A stretch of DNA of 63,844 bases, filler included, from Rhabdomonas costata (lineage: Eukaryota): assembly GCA_019059605.1 (NCBI GenBank). It is 50 parts of 50 records of this genome, joined end to end, with 100 filler letters (N's around TTAATTAATTAA, not from the genome) between each part and the next. Parts side by side here need not be neighbours in the genome. Positions count along the whole stretch, not along the records: positions 23,016 to 24,225 come from JAHMHO010024856.1; positions 24,326 to 25,504 come from JAHMHO010024857.1; positions 25,605 to 26,781 come from JAHMHO010024858.1; positions 26,882 to 28,059 come from JAHMHO010024859.1; positions 28,160 to 29,337 come from JAHMHO010024860.1; positions 29,438 to 30,615 come from JAHMHO010024861.1; positions 30,716 to 31,893 come from JAHMHO010024862.1; positions 31,994 to 33,172 come from JAHMHO010024863.1; 42 more parts are not named here. The stretch is one strand, 5' to 3'. The notes under the pieces are model-generated. The model had not been told where the DNA came from, made no database searches, and was given only the letters and a program-made list of their open reading frames with translations. The position numbers and the translations under genes were made by a program. Shown piece after piece: positions 24,171 to 36,428 of the stretch. Each line of letters opens with the position of its first letter. Position 1 is the stretch's first letter.

Positions 24171-26416
24171 TTGCACATGCAGAAAAGTCACGTCACAGCA
24201 CACCGCGCCAAAGCGCCCCATGTGTNNNNNNNNNNNNNNNNNNNNNNNNNNNNNNNNNNNNNNNNNNNNTTAATTAATTAANNNNNNNNNNNNNNNNNNN
24301 NNNNNNNNNNNNNNNNNNNNNNNNNGTTGGGGTTGGGAAAATACGGGAATTGAATGACTGGAGAAGAGTGTGTAGAAACGTGGAAAACGAACGCAAAGGT
24401 GCATGAGAAAAATGGAAACTATTTACAACAATTCATTGGACTACGTTTTTGGGTCACATCCGGTAGTTTTGTGTGGATGAGTTTTGGTCTAGCAAAAGGG
24501 GGTTTCCAATTAGTCCAATCCTTTAGTTTTGGTCTAATGCGGTAGCAAATTTCAAAACAAGCCGGTAGGGTCAAGTGACCAAAGGTCCGCGTGGAAAAAG
24601 CGGTACCAAAGGAAAAGCACGAAAGAGGCAACGGGTGTTGTGCAGGGAACAGACAGCAGCAATGGTCAAGGGGGAATGGCAAGAAATGTCATTTGGCCAA
24701 AAGAGAATTTCGTTATGGGGAAAACGTGGGTGAAAGTATGTGTTGTGTGAGTATATTTTTCCTGGAGAGCAGTGAATCGGCTTCTGACATTAGGAGGACC
24801 GTCACATCTTGCCACACTCCTTCTTCTGCCCTTGCATGCGCCTGCGTGCGCCTGTTTCTTTCCTCTGCAAGCGCGCTTCTCCTAGAAGCCGCACAATTTA
24901 TTATATTTGGCCCTTTCGTTCTCCTGTGCTTCCGCTGCTGCGTACTTCATTGAACCCGGGCAAACGTTCAGTGCACTAAGTCCTGCGCGCGCTTGCCGCA
25001 CTCGCTCAAAAAACGTTTTTGTGGTGTGGTGTTGTAAGTACAATTGGGGTGATCGTCGGAGCTTTCTACTGGGTGGATTTGTGGTCTCTCTACTTGCCAG
25101 CTTCCCAAAATGTTACCAGACCCTCTTTTTCAACGCTCATGGTACCACAAATTGTACTGACACTGCAAACAAATTTGACAATGTCGGTGCAGAAGAGAAA
25201 TTCTGCCTCAAGGAACGTCGAACCAACAACAGTGGAAAGGGCAAACGGAAAAACAGCACATGATTTCAAAACCAGGTCCTGTAGAACACAATCGGCTTTG
25301 CCTGGGCTGATCCCTGGTCTTTTAGTGCTTAGGATGTATTTGGTGACTGGCACTTATTCTTGCTTGGTTCAGCTTTCTGTTAGTATTCTCGGAATGACAA
25401 AGTAATTAACAACACAAACTCAGTAGTCTGGTTCGGTGCAACGAAGCACTGGCAAGCAAAATTGAGGCAACGATTTGGGCTAACGAATTTCCCACCAACC
25501 ACCCNNNNNNNNNNNNNNNNNNNNNNNNNNNNNNNNNNNNNNNNNNNNTTAATTAATTAANNNNNNNNNNNNNNNNNNNNNNNNNNNNNNNNNNNNNNNN
25601 NNNNGTTGTTGTTGCTGTGGACATGTTAGCCTTGTGGTGGGTGTGGTGTGGGTGCGTTGGGTCCGTATTCTGTTGTGGTGTGGTTCAGTGTGCTCGTGTG
25701 TGCTTGTATGGTGGTGTTGGAACATGTGGAGGTGAGGTGGGGTTGGTACGATGTTGGGAGGTGGAAGTGGGTGTGCCGGTGCTGAGGGTGCTAGGGGTGT
25801 GGAGCATGCTTTGGGTCCGGTAGATTCGTGGGTCGTGGTGGTGCTTCGTGTACAATGGGGACAAGGGTGTGGAAGATGCGTTAGATGCTGGGGTTGAGCG
25901 TGGTGCGTTGCCTTCAGGTGTTGCGGTGGGTCAGGGTGGTGTTGCTGGGTTGAGGTGTCCGGGAAGATGCCAAGGTGGTGATGCTGATGTCATCTCCTTC
26001 AGCGCACTGACTGAGGGGAAGGATACATCCCTTACGCATGCATGATGTCAGAAGAGAAGAGAGAGTGAATTGAGTGGTGGGTCGCTACGGCTACGCCTCC
26101 GCTCCACCTCCTGCTCCGCTACGCTTAGCGATCTCGTACTCCTACTGCGCATGGCTCCGTCGCTGCGTGTAATCGATGTAATCGCTGCGTCTATAAAGTG
26201 GATAAAGTGCGCCGTGGCACCAGATCTGCTCCACTGTCTTGCGCCTTCCCTCCGACGCTGTGCGCCCTTGGGTTGCTTCTCGGTTTGTTGTATTTATCTG
26301 TGCGGGAAACGTCGCAGCTTCCCGCTTTGAGTGAAGTTATGGGCGTGAACGCTCCGATCCATCACTACGGGTGTGGATGTGAATTTCACTCTGAGCGGTG
26401 GGTGGGGGTTGTGCAG

Positions 26417-26499
26417 CCCGGAGCGGCTGCGTGGGGAGAGGTACGCCCCCAACGCCGACTTGTGGAGCTTTGGGCTTGTGCTGATCTGCGCCGCAGTTG
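26417..26499 (+). CDS. Protein kinase exon, MAP2K/STE7-like (subdomains VIII-IX)
   Basis: tgcAG|...|GTgtgc. SPERLRGERYAPNADLWSFGLVLICAAVG has the SPER...Y...aD.WS.G signature. Confidence 0.82.
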
Positions 26500-27479
26500 G
26501 TGTGCCCCCACAACCGTATCATTCGTTCATTCTGATCCACAGGGGAAAAGTTGCACAGTTTTTAGTCCTTTGGCCTTTTTGACTCACCCCATTTTCTGGG
26601 GCTCGATGCTCGAGGCGCTGGAGGGCTCTCTGCTTCTCGGGAGCCACAAAGGCCCCCACTTTCTCTGCGCATTAGGTAGGGCTGGGGTACTTTTACCGCT
26701 TTTCGTTTGCCTGACGCACCTTTTTCGCTGCGTATTGTTACGCCCTTACGCCCCGCACCACTTCTCACCGACACGAAATCCNNNNNNNNNNNNNNNNNNN
26801 NNNNNNNNNNNNNNNNNNNNNNNNNTTAATTAATTAANNNNNNNNNNNNNNNNNNNNNNNNNNNNNNNNNNNNNNNNNNNNGGTGTGGTGGACAATACGG
26901 CTATGTTAGAATCACACAGTCCACACAGAAGCTTCCTCTCCTCCACCTGTGTGGACTGTGTGATTCTAACATAGCCGTATTGTCCACCACTTTCTCAAAA
27001 AGCTTCCAGCATTGTGGCTCATTTGTCTTCACAGATGTTGCAATTCTCTCATAATTGCTGCTACATCTGACACCACCAGCGTTGCCTCCAAGGGTTACTG
27101 CTATTTTGTTGTCTCAAATTCTGGAGTGGTCCTCACAGCGTTCACCAAATGGCTCTCTGCTTTCTGCTTTGTGGAGTTGAGAGAACACGGCCTTCCAACT
27201 TATTGGGTTGACAAGCTTTCAGGTCCATCTGCTTTTGCAATTGCCTCAATTCTGACAGCTCCTTTCTAACGTGGTGTCCTCCGGAGCTTTCTACTTTTCC
27301 GTGGCAGCTGGGGTTCATCTACTGCAATTATTCCAGCGGCTTTTCTAATAATTCTGAAGAACGCTATTTGCCCGCATCGTGCAGCAGTTTATTTGAACTG
27401 ACCCATTTCCTGATTGTCTTATGTGGTCTTCAGCATTTCATCATCATCTTCTGGCACGCTTGGCTTTGCGTACTTGGTC

Positions 27480-27850
27480 AGGTGTCAAAACCGCGCCCAA
27501 AGATACACACGCCTGAGCTCCCTGGCGGCACACCATTGGCTCTGAATCTCACCCCACACTTTGCCTAGCCGCCTCCGTGGATAATCCATTCTGAAGGCGT
27601 ACTTGACAATGTGAAGTACAGCCATTTTAAATCCCTTTAATTGGCTGCTAATACGCTGGGACATCACAACACCAATGCTCTGTTTCTCAGATAATTGACT
27701 GTCATGGGGTCACACAGTTCACTTCCAAAGCCTTTCACTTGGCGTCTTATACTTATCCCTACTTGATGTAGCAGTTATTGATCACAAACTCGACCTATTC
27801 CATGACATCCGTTGTGTCATTCCATCTTGCCAATGGCTTTCATTTACTGA
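27480..27850 (-). mobile_element. Possible decayed Penelope-like retroelement RT
   Basis: Broken frames read VME*VEFVINNCYIK*G / IRRQVKGFG / SELCDPMTVNY, resembling PLE RT l.f.l.nnYf.f....y.Q..G.pMGs.l.P. Many stops are present. Confidence 0.35.
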
Positions 27851-28521
27851 ACCAACCATTCCTGTGACAAAAAATTTCACATTCTTTCTTTTTTATTACT
27901 CACAAGCTTATTATATCGCCACGAGCTCATTCAGCATGTACTGGTCAAACGTCGGTTACATTGTTACAAAATTGGCGGTATCAGCTGTATCTTTCCACTC
28001 TTTTAAGGCGTCCGCTTTGAATACTATGAGCTCATACAACCGTGACAAACCACAGTTTTNNNNNNNNNNNNNNNNNNNNNNNNNNNNNNNNNNNNNNNNN
28101 NNNTTAATTAATTAANNNNNNNNNNNNNNNNNNNNNNNNNNNNNNNNNNNNNNNNNNNNGTGGGGGTGTGGTGGCTACTTTCAGTGACCCTTGATGTGCT
28201 TCCGTGCCTTTCCTTATGGCCCATTTAGTTTACTTATGCCTTAAAAATACTATAACCACCAGCTATCGGTGACTTTGGAGGGCACACCAAACATAGAGAT
28301 CCCGAGATTCCGAGAAAGCTTTTGTGCTAGGTCCAAAAAACTCTGCACAGTAGGACTCTGCGTTTACTTTGAAAGAAAGTAAGACAGACAGAAAGAAAAT
28401 AGGAGCAATTGTGATACATGGATGAAGACAAATTGCATCCAGCAACAAAATTTGAAAAAAAAACACATCGATGGCAACAACGACTGCATATTCACAAAAA
28501 GAACTGCTCAAGGACTCATAC

Positions 28522-28823
28522 GTTGTGGGGGGCTTCCAAAACCGGAGGTGCTTGGAAATAGCGAGTTTGACGGGAACAGCCCTGGCTCGGAATCCGCCGC
28601 TGGGGCCCCAAAGGGCGACGGAGCGGCGCTCCCGAAGGCGCCAGCCACAGGGAACAAGCTGCCGGAGGGCTCGCTGCTGGCAGCCGCGCCGAAATTCCCG
28701 CCAAACCCTCCACCACCACCCATACTGCTGGGACCGGAAGGGTCCGAGCTCCCAAACGCCTGGCCAGCCGGAAACGGTCGGGCCAGCGCCGTACTTGGGG
28801 AAGGGAATGAAGGGTCACTCTGG
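28522..28823 (-). CDS. FG/Ser/Pro-rich low-complexity exon (nucleoporin-like composition)
   Basis: AG|...|GTatga. The open frame contains AFGS, GFGG, NFGA, AFGS, PFGA and GFGS repeats. Family not determinable. Confidence 0.5.
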
Positions 28824-30078
28824 CTACACGAAATTTGTGAAACACATCGGAGAGCCGGTTCCTCTTTTGCTTTTGCACGGCCAGTGATCGGAGTTGGTGC
28901 TCGCGCAGAGCTGCGCCTTACAGACGATGGTGCGGGTGGGCCAGTCTTGTGCAAACTCAGTCCGCATTCAAATACAGCAACGAAGACGACTGGAATCATA
29001 CAAAACATATTAGACTACTGCACAGCGATTGGAAAATTGGATGCGGGTGGCCCAAGGTGTTGGACAGCAAGCAAGATTTGCACTAAGTGCGCTTTCTGCC
29101 TGAAAAACTTCAGCTGGTGTTCGTCGTCGAATATTGCAGCGCAGGATTCCACTAACCTCAAAAACGTCTAGCGGCTTATCTACTATGATGCCTTCAGGTC
29201 TTCGCCTCCCGTGGTGCGGCACTGCTTCAAAGCAGAGGCTGGCTACCTCCACCCTGGGGTAGGGGAGAGGGCGAAGGGAACGCCTCAGAGAAAGCCCAGT
29301 TGTCGCCCCCCGCACCGCCCCCCGAGGAAAATCCCGTNNNNNNNNNNNNNNNNNNNNNNNNNNNNNNNNNNNNNNNNNNNNTTAATTAATTAANNNNNNN
29401 NNNNNNNNNNNNNNNNNNNNNNNNNNNNNNNNNNNNNGTGGTGGGTGTGGTTGGTGTGTGGTTGATACAAACCGGGTCATCTTCTCACTCACTTATCCTT
29501 TCTTCACTTCCCATTGCTTCCACCAAATTGTACCCTTATGCGTCGTTGCAATTTTCCATGCGTTTCAACTGGTTGCGCATTTCAGCTCAGGGCTGATTCT
29601 GCAATTCCACCCCAACGCCCAATTTTTCTCAATTGTGCGTCCGGTGGACGGCTGATTGTGGAATAAAATTGTCAGTGGATCTGTCTATTTTGTGTATTTT
29701 GCTGTCTCTTTTCATCTTACTAACAGCTTCACGTCGGACAGCATTCCTCCACTTTGCTTTATATCGTTCCCTATTTTGGGGGGCCTGGGGACCTCTGTGC
29801 TCACCGAAGCCGACGGTTGCTACACTCCACGAAAATAGGTGGAAATTCATTCACCACACGAGAACCACTACCACCACGAATGAAATGGGCAATGCTTTGT
29901 TGTAGTGAAGCGATGGGCAGAGAGACATGTGCTCGGTGATACTCTGCTCCCCCCCTCTGCGCTTGTTTCCCTCTCGGTTGGGCGGTGGCCCCCAACATTG
30001 GTTCCGACTTCGGGTTTTCCGGTTTAATATGAAAAGGTGGGTTTTATCTTCACCACACTGGCATATGCTTACCTACAT

Positions 30079-30250
30079 TCAGGTCGCCCCCTGCGCGGCA
30101 GTGGTGCTGCAGGTGCAGGGAAGTGGCTCAGGGATGCCCAGCAGCAGTCTCTCCGTGGCCCTGAGTGAGGTCCCAGAGGGGCTCAGCTTGAACTCTTCCG
30201 CGGCCACGGCGTCGGGGTGGAGCTGGAGCTTCCTGTGGTTTCCCACGGTC
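30079..30250 (-). CDS. Hypothetical protein, probable terminal exon
   Basis: GC3-rich frame TVGNHRKLQLHPDAVAAEEFKLSP...AAQGAT* after a CAG acceptor. No recognisable motif. Confidence 0.35.
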
Positions 30251-30724
30251 CTGGACCGCGGGTAGGCGCGCGCCCGCTGCGACTGTGTCTGTTTCGTATC
30301 TCTGCGCAGTGCATTCTGAACGTGTGCCTCAAGCGGAGGGGGGACTTTTAACACTGCTGAACGTTTATCAGGGCTGAGCGGTGGTAAATTTCCTAACCCC
30401 CCTAAAAGTATGTCTGGGCGGTAGAAAAAGAGAACACCCAACCCAATTTTGGCTAAATGAAGACCTTTCGAGGTAGTTGACAGAGTTTGCCTAACCCCCG
30501 TGCCCTAAAAAGAACATCCCAAAAAAGTGTCCAAAAATGCGGTCTTGTAGCATTGCTTTTGGAGTACTAATAGGATCATCGTCCACCCCGTGGAACGTCC
30601 CAACCCATCCGCCCGNNNNNNNNNNNNNNNNNNNNNNNNNNNNNNNNNNNNNNNNNNNNTTAATTAATTAANNNNNNNNNNNNNNNNNNNNNNNNNNNNN
30701 NNNNNNNNNNNNNNNGTTTTTGGG

Positions 30725-31837
30725 TACGACGACGAAGGGATCTACTTCAACCCAATCTACGTGGAGGTATCAAGCCGAGATATCCGTCGAATCCCTCCTT
30801 TGTCTTACTCATCATTTTGTGCCGCAGCGCCTCAGTCATCGTATTTGCCATTCAGGGGTTTTGTCCCTCAAACTCATTCGCGGCGGTTGTCAAGTTGCCA
30901 TCGAGTGACCATCGATGAGAACACTGCAAACCCTCAAAACTTGAAAGGATAGGAGAGAAAACGATAAGGCCAAGGCTGGGAAGCAGTGATTGTGCCAATA
31001 AAATCTTTTCCGTCCTTCTTTTTGAATACGCTGAACACGACAAAGGTCGCTTGCCTCCTCTGCGGTCGGCAAACCCACACGACAAAGCCGTGCGAGGGTG
31101 TGCGTGGATGGGCTGCGCGCGCTTGCGTGTCGCGTGTGTGCGGTGCGATTTGCAGGTGGACCGAGTTGTACACCACTGCGAGCCCGACGAGGTCACTCCA
31201 GTGGAGGTGTTCTGCGTGAAGTGGAAGGGCCTGCCCTACGATGAGTGCACTTGGGAAACCCTCGACCCCACCCGGGAGGACGATGTATGCAGTGAAGGCC
31301 GCCCGCTTTCCTCCCTTCACGCCTGTCCTTGCTGGCAGTTCGTCTCCCATTCTTTGCTCAACGGAACGTGCTTGGTTTGTTATAGTGCGGCGTGTTGACC
31401 ACCCTGAGAAATTATGCCCCAGCTGTCCAACTCGGGCGCAGTAAGTTAGACGCCCTGCTCCACCCGTTACGCAGACCCGTGCGTAGCGATCGCTACGGAT
31501 GCCGAGTATACTCATTCCGAAGTGTGGTAGTACCTAGGATCGTGGGCCGCGGAGCAGCAAAAGCTTCTGTTAGAATTCCAGGGACATGTGCATCACCCGT
31601 AAACCCGCCGCAATAGTTGCGTAGCGATAATAACGGAGGGGGCTAATGTACCAATTTACTACAGCCTCCACTTCCTAGCTGGCAAGGTGAAGGCTATCTC
31701 TTTCTTCATACACCCCAGGTGGCTGCAATCGAGGTCTACCGCAGGAGGAACAAACTACCAACGGACTTGCGGCCGCGCGAGAAGCCCTACGTGCAGAGGT
31801 TCACAGAGGAGTTCAAGTCTCGAGTCCAGGACATCAA
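30725..31837 (+). CDS. CHD-family chromatin remodeler, second chromodomain region (exons 30725-30766, 31156-31284, 31719-31837)
   Basis: Spliced YFNPIYVE|VDRVVHHCEPDEVTPVEVFCVKWKGLPYDECTWETLDPTREDD|VAAIEVYRRRN. FNP.YVEVDR and VKW..LPY...TWE are typical of CHD6-9-like proteins. Confidence 0.9.
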
Positions 31838-31999
31838 GTGCGTCTGCAAAGTTCTGTGACCTCTCTCTCCCACCCATCGTGCACCACCACAAANNNNNNN
31901 NNNNNNNNNNNNNNNNNNNNNNNNNNNNNNNNNNNNNTTAATTAATTAANNNNNNNNNNNNNNNNNNNNNNNNNNNNNNNNNNNNNNNNNNNNTTTGGT

Positions 32000-33079
32000 T
32001 GTGGGGGTTCGCTGTGGGAATGGGGCGTGACTGCTTTGTATATGTCGGGATCTGAGGCTGCCGGGGCGCTGAGCTGCTGGACCGCTGCCGGGGCTTGGTT
32101 TGTGCCTGGAAGGCTCGAATCCCAGCGCCCTGACACCGACTTTGTGGGTCCCGGGGGTCCTCGCCTCCCCAATCCTGTGGATTTGTTTCCGCACCGTGTG
32201 GAATGGTCTCCAACAAGACTCCAACACTCTGGAAGTCGGGACTGCTCGGGACGTCACCTCCCCCCTACCCTGCTATTGTGGGATAGGGGGGGAACTACAT
32301 CTGAACGTTCTGCGGTGGAGCAGTCAACGGGTTCACCGGGGCAACCCCCCTTGCTCTGCCTCCAACATTCCTGTGGTGGGGCATGTGATTCGAAATGAAT
32401 CCACAGCTGGAAGCGCCTGGATGCCGTACATTCTTCCTCCTCTACACACTTTGACATTTCTGCGCTTCCAATCAGTCTGCGGTTGCAGCCTTGTTAAAAG
32501 GGGATATCCAATAACCACTGGGATTGCCGTCTTGATCACTCTCAAAAACAATTTGATCGGCATGGTACCCAACCTTCCGACAACTCGGACGAAGTGGTTC
32601 ACCGGAAATCCTTCCACGTTTGCCACCCTCACCGTAAGCCTCTGCTGCAACGGGTACCTCTGCAAACGGAATCTCTGGACCAACTCCTGACTTACAAACA
32701 AATCTGAAGCTCCGGAATCCAGTAACGCCATAACTTGGGTGTTCCCAATCCACAACGGCAAGAACATTAGTGGCTGAGGGGTGGGAGGGTCTGGCAAATC
32801 TCCCAAGAAACCAACCTCCTCTATCGCGTCTCTCGGGAATGGCAACACGAACAGCGGGACCGTGGCACTTCCTTCCACTTTTCGAATTCTTCTCACCGCT
32901 GTCTTTACTAAGTCATCAAAATACTCCTCTGAAAACTCGTCTACTACCACGCTCCACTCGCAAAGCTCTGTGCAATGCTCGGAATCGGGTGATTCCCTCC
33001 AAATATTAGGCGAGTGTCCCCACTGACCCTTAAGGAGATGTCTCCTTCTGATCCCAACACCACCAACTGGGGTTTTCAC
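32000..33079 (-). mobile_element. Ty3/Gypsy LTR retrotransposon gag-end/aspartic protease fragment
   Basis: Intronless ORF 32333-33079 with retropepsin motif ALLDSGASDLFVS and VVIGYPLL...P.TDWK.R. The frame breaks downstream. Confidence 0.9.
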
Positions 33080-33294
33080 CTTCTCACTTCTCTTTAATTG
33101 GGCGGTTGCTGACGACCGCTAATTCTGCGTCCGTTCTTTTTTCTCCCCAAAAACCCAAACTCACCTAACACANNNNNNNNNNNNNNNNNNNNNNNNNNNN
33201 NNNNNNNNNNNNNNNNTTAATTAATTAANNNNNNNNNNNNNNNNNNNNNNNNNNNNNNNNNNNNNNNNNNNNGTTTGGGGGGGGGTGCACCCAC

Positions 33295-34440
33295 CTTGTC
33301 TTCTGTACAGGTGCCGTTGGCAGAGCCCACGGACCACTTGGGGCTGACGTAGTCTGCAAGGACGGCGGAGTACGCCACGGCGTAGCTGTAGGACAGACGC
33401 AGCACCGCCCCGAAGGTCGCGTCGGAGTTCGGGGTGACCTCCACGGAGAAAACCACCGGGGTGGTGGCGCCGTCGTGGTCGGGCACCACCACAGGATGCC
33501 CAGAGGCAGAAGGCACCACGGAGGCAGTCTGCACACCTGCGGTTGGGATGACGGGCACAGCAAGACAACGAGCCGTGACGGAACGAGACAATACGGCAAT
33601 ATGGTTAAATCAAAAGTCAACAGGGCCGCACAAACGGGGTGCCAATGGTTCGTAATTCATCACTTTCTTCACAACATGAACACAACTATGTGCGCTGCGC
33701 GGTGCCACCAAAGAAATTTTTTTTCCGGAACGCGAGAGAGATCAGGGGGGGATCAACAAAACGCGAAAAAGTAATAGAACGGTAATACCAGTGCGAACGA
33801 AGAAACACAACAAGGGGCACCACGTACAGTTCTAAATTGAAAATTGAATTCGTCGGAAATACGGACCGACAATGAACTACAGGGTGGAAGGCGGTTAGGG
33901 AAGAGGGGGCGAAAATCAGGGGGAAACTAGGGATAGATGAACAAGAATAGGTGCAAAGTTAGGACGCAGAGGTAGGCGGAGTGAAGACTAAATCGGAAGA
34001 CGGAAAAAGGCAACAGGGCAACATCACACCACAGAGGTACTTATCGAGGCAATAAAAAATTTTGACTCATAACCCTTGAACTGCGCCAGGCGGGGGGTGC
34101 TGAGCCGTTCTCGGGGCCGCACTCCTATGCACCCAATTCTTCAAGTCGTGTGGGAAAGAACGTCGAGGCAACATTGTGCCATCTCCGAGATCTAGACATC
34201 CATCCCGTTGTCGGCATAACGCGAAAGCGTGGAGTAATATTGCATAAGGAAGGACGGGGGGGGCACTCAAGGAGGCAAACGCAAGGCAAGCGCACATACC
34301 GTAGACTAGAAACGTAGTGGCAGGAAGGGAGGTGATCGGGATGTGCGTCCAGAAGCCAAAGTACCGGTAGCAGAGCTGGTAGTACCCAGCAGAAGTTCCT
34401 GTGAGGCGCGCCCAGGCAGGAAGCGCAGGCATTGGACATC
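33295..34440 (-). CDS. Probable large extracellular/surface protein (exons ~34440-34300, 33536-33295)
   Basis: Phase-1 junction Y-G|VQT and GC3-rich codons. Contains AGYYQLCYRY..FW and beta-rich Ser/Thr/Val sequence with an N-glycosylation sequon (NGT). Confidence 0.6.
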
Positions 34441-36394
34441 CAACCCAACNNNNNNNNNNNNNNNNNNNNNNNNNNNNNNNNNNNNNNNNNNNNTTAATTA
34501 ATTAANNNNNNNNNNNNNNNNNNNNNNNNNNNNNNNNNNNNNNNNNNNNGTGTGTCTCCTGTCGGTGTCGGTGTCAGTGTTGCTTCCTTCTCGCTCTCTT
34601 GGTGTGTTGGTGCCTGGCAGTGCTGTTGTGTGCGTGGAGGTGGGTTTGGTATATCTGGAGGTCTGTGCGAGGGAGGGGAGAAAGGAGCGGGAACTCCCGC
34701 CCTGGCCTTCCCTTCCGCAATGTGAATACAGCTGCGGGGACACTTCTCTGGTGTGGATTGCCACTCCATCCCTGTGCGCTCATCAGGCCTGTTCTCTGTC
34801 CAGTTCAGCAGTGCAATCCGATTCACGTTTTGCTCTCTTTACTCTCTTTGCCTTTGTGCCTGTGTTTTGTCACGCATGTTGACCGTCTTTTTGCTTGTGA
34901 TGTGCGTTTTTATGGTTCCTTTTGGCATTCCGTTCTCACCCGTATTTGGCGTCATTACTCGCATCGCATTATTCGCTTGTCCTGTTTTTAGTCGACCACT
35001 TATTGATAGGTTTATTTTTGCAAGGAGTGAATACGTAGAATGTCACCTTAAACGTGTTATCGATGAGGGTTTTTTTTTGCCTGCGCCTCAGCGTGACGAG
35101 GATAGTATTGTCCGATGGATTATGTGCAAACTTAGGTTGTGAAGCCAGAGGGAGATGCTTCTTGATATAGATCAACAATCCACCAGGGTTCTTTTGAGCT
35201 GTGTCAGTCCACATTCTACTTCTCCCTGTCTTCTGTCTTGCTCATTCGCTTCAGACGCAGCCTCTGCCTGTGCTGCTGGATGGTTTGAGAAAGCGCCCTT
35301 TTAAAAAGTTGGGGCATTTCCCTTCAGCCGGCGGGCGATCTTTTGCCTGCTAAGTGTCGTGTGTGTGTGTGTGTGTTTGCGTTGGCCACTGCAAAAACAA
35401 ACAATGAGGCAACGGTATTTGCTGAAGTCCGATCTGGCTACCCCCGTACCTTTGCTTCCCAGCCGTGGGTGCAGCACCGTTGATCCCAGAGGTGCTACCT
35501 CCGAGGTATGTTTGGCCACTTCTTTGCCTGTGCTGAACTGAAGACTGTTAATTTGCGCTGTATTAGTTTTTGGATCGATGTGTGGGTGCCCGGTGCGAGA
35601 AAGCTTTTTCTTTCAGCTACACATGGAGAACGCAGAAAAGTATGAAAAGGATGCACCGCACGTGGGCCTAGCTCGAAAAACGTGGTTGTATCTCACCAGC
35701 GAGATGGGCGGATGTTAACCACCCACNNNNNNNNNNNNNNNNNNNNNNNNNNNNNNNNNNNNNNNNNNNNTTAATTAATTAANNNNNNNNNNNNNNNNNN
35801 NNNNNNNNNNNNNNNNNNNNNNNNNNTGTGGGTGTGTTTGGGTGGGGGGTGGACCCCCTCTCTGGGGGCCTTCTTCCCCGCAAGGGAAGGAGAGCCCGAA
35901 CCAGAAACCCTAACCAAACGCGCCCCCAACACGTTCACCTAAAACCCCCGGCTACGTGCTAAGTAGTTGTGTTGTCCTGGGGGGCCGAACCTTCCAACGA
36001 GGGTACCCGCAATAATTTCGAAAGGATCTATTTTCGATAACCTTGCAGGTGTGCTCTTAAACAAACAAAACTGAGGCACTCACCCCTGTGCTGTGATAAA
36101 CGCCCCACAGGAAAAACGTCCCCGGCGGTTTACCGGGCCAGTGAGAAGCGGATTACCTTGGACCCCTTGGCTGGAAAGAGCCAGTCCTCCTCCTTTCAGT
36201 CTCACATCCAAATCAACAACCACTGGCTCATTCCCCATAAGGCAGCACCCCAGGAATTATGGACAGATCACTCCTTACCTGCGTCTCAATAAGGTCATGC
36301 ATGAGTCTGGCCACACTCTGATCACCTCTTATTTCCACCTGATAACACTAGCACATTTGCAACCAAACTAACCACCCTCTTTCCTTACCACAAT

Positions 36395-36428
36395 CCCACA
36401 CCCACACCCACACCCACACCCACACCCA
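36395..36428. repeat. (CCCACA)n hexanucleotide microsatellite
   Basis: About 5 tandem units visible. Confidence 0.85.

Noticed and set aside
25975..26015. DVISFSAL resembling a PPR motif start
   Set aside because: Isolated 8-residue match in G/T-rich low-complexity DNA with no further repeat.
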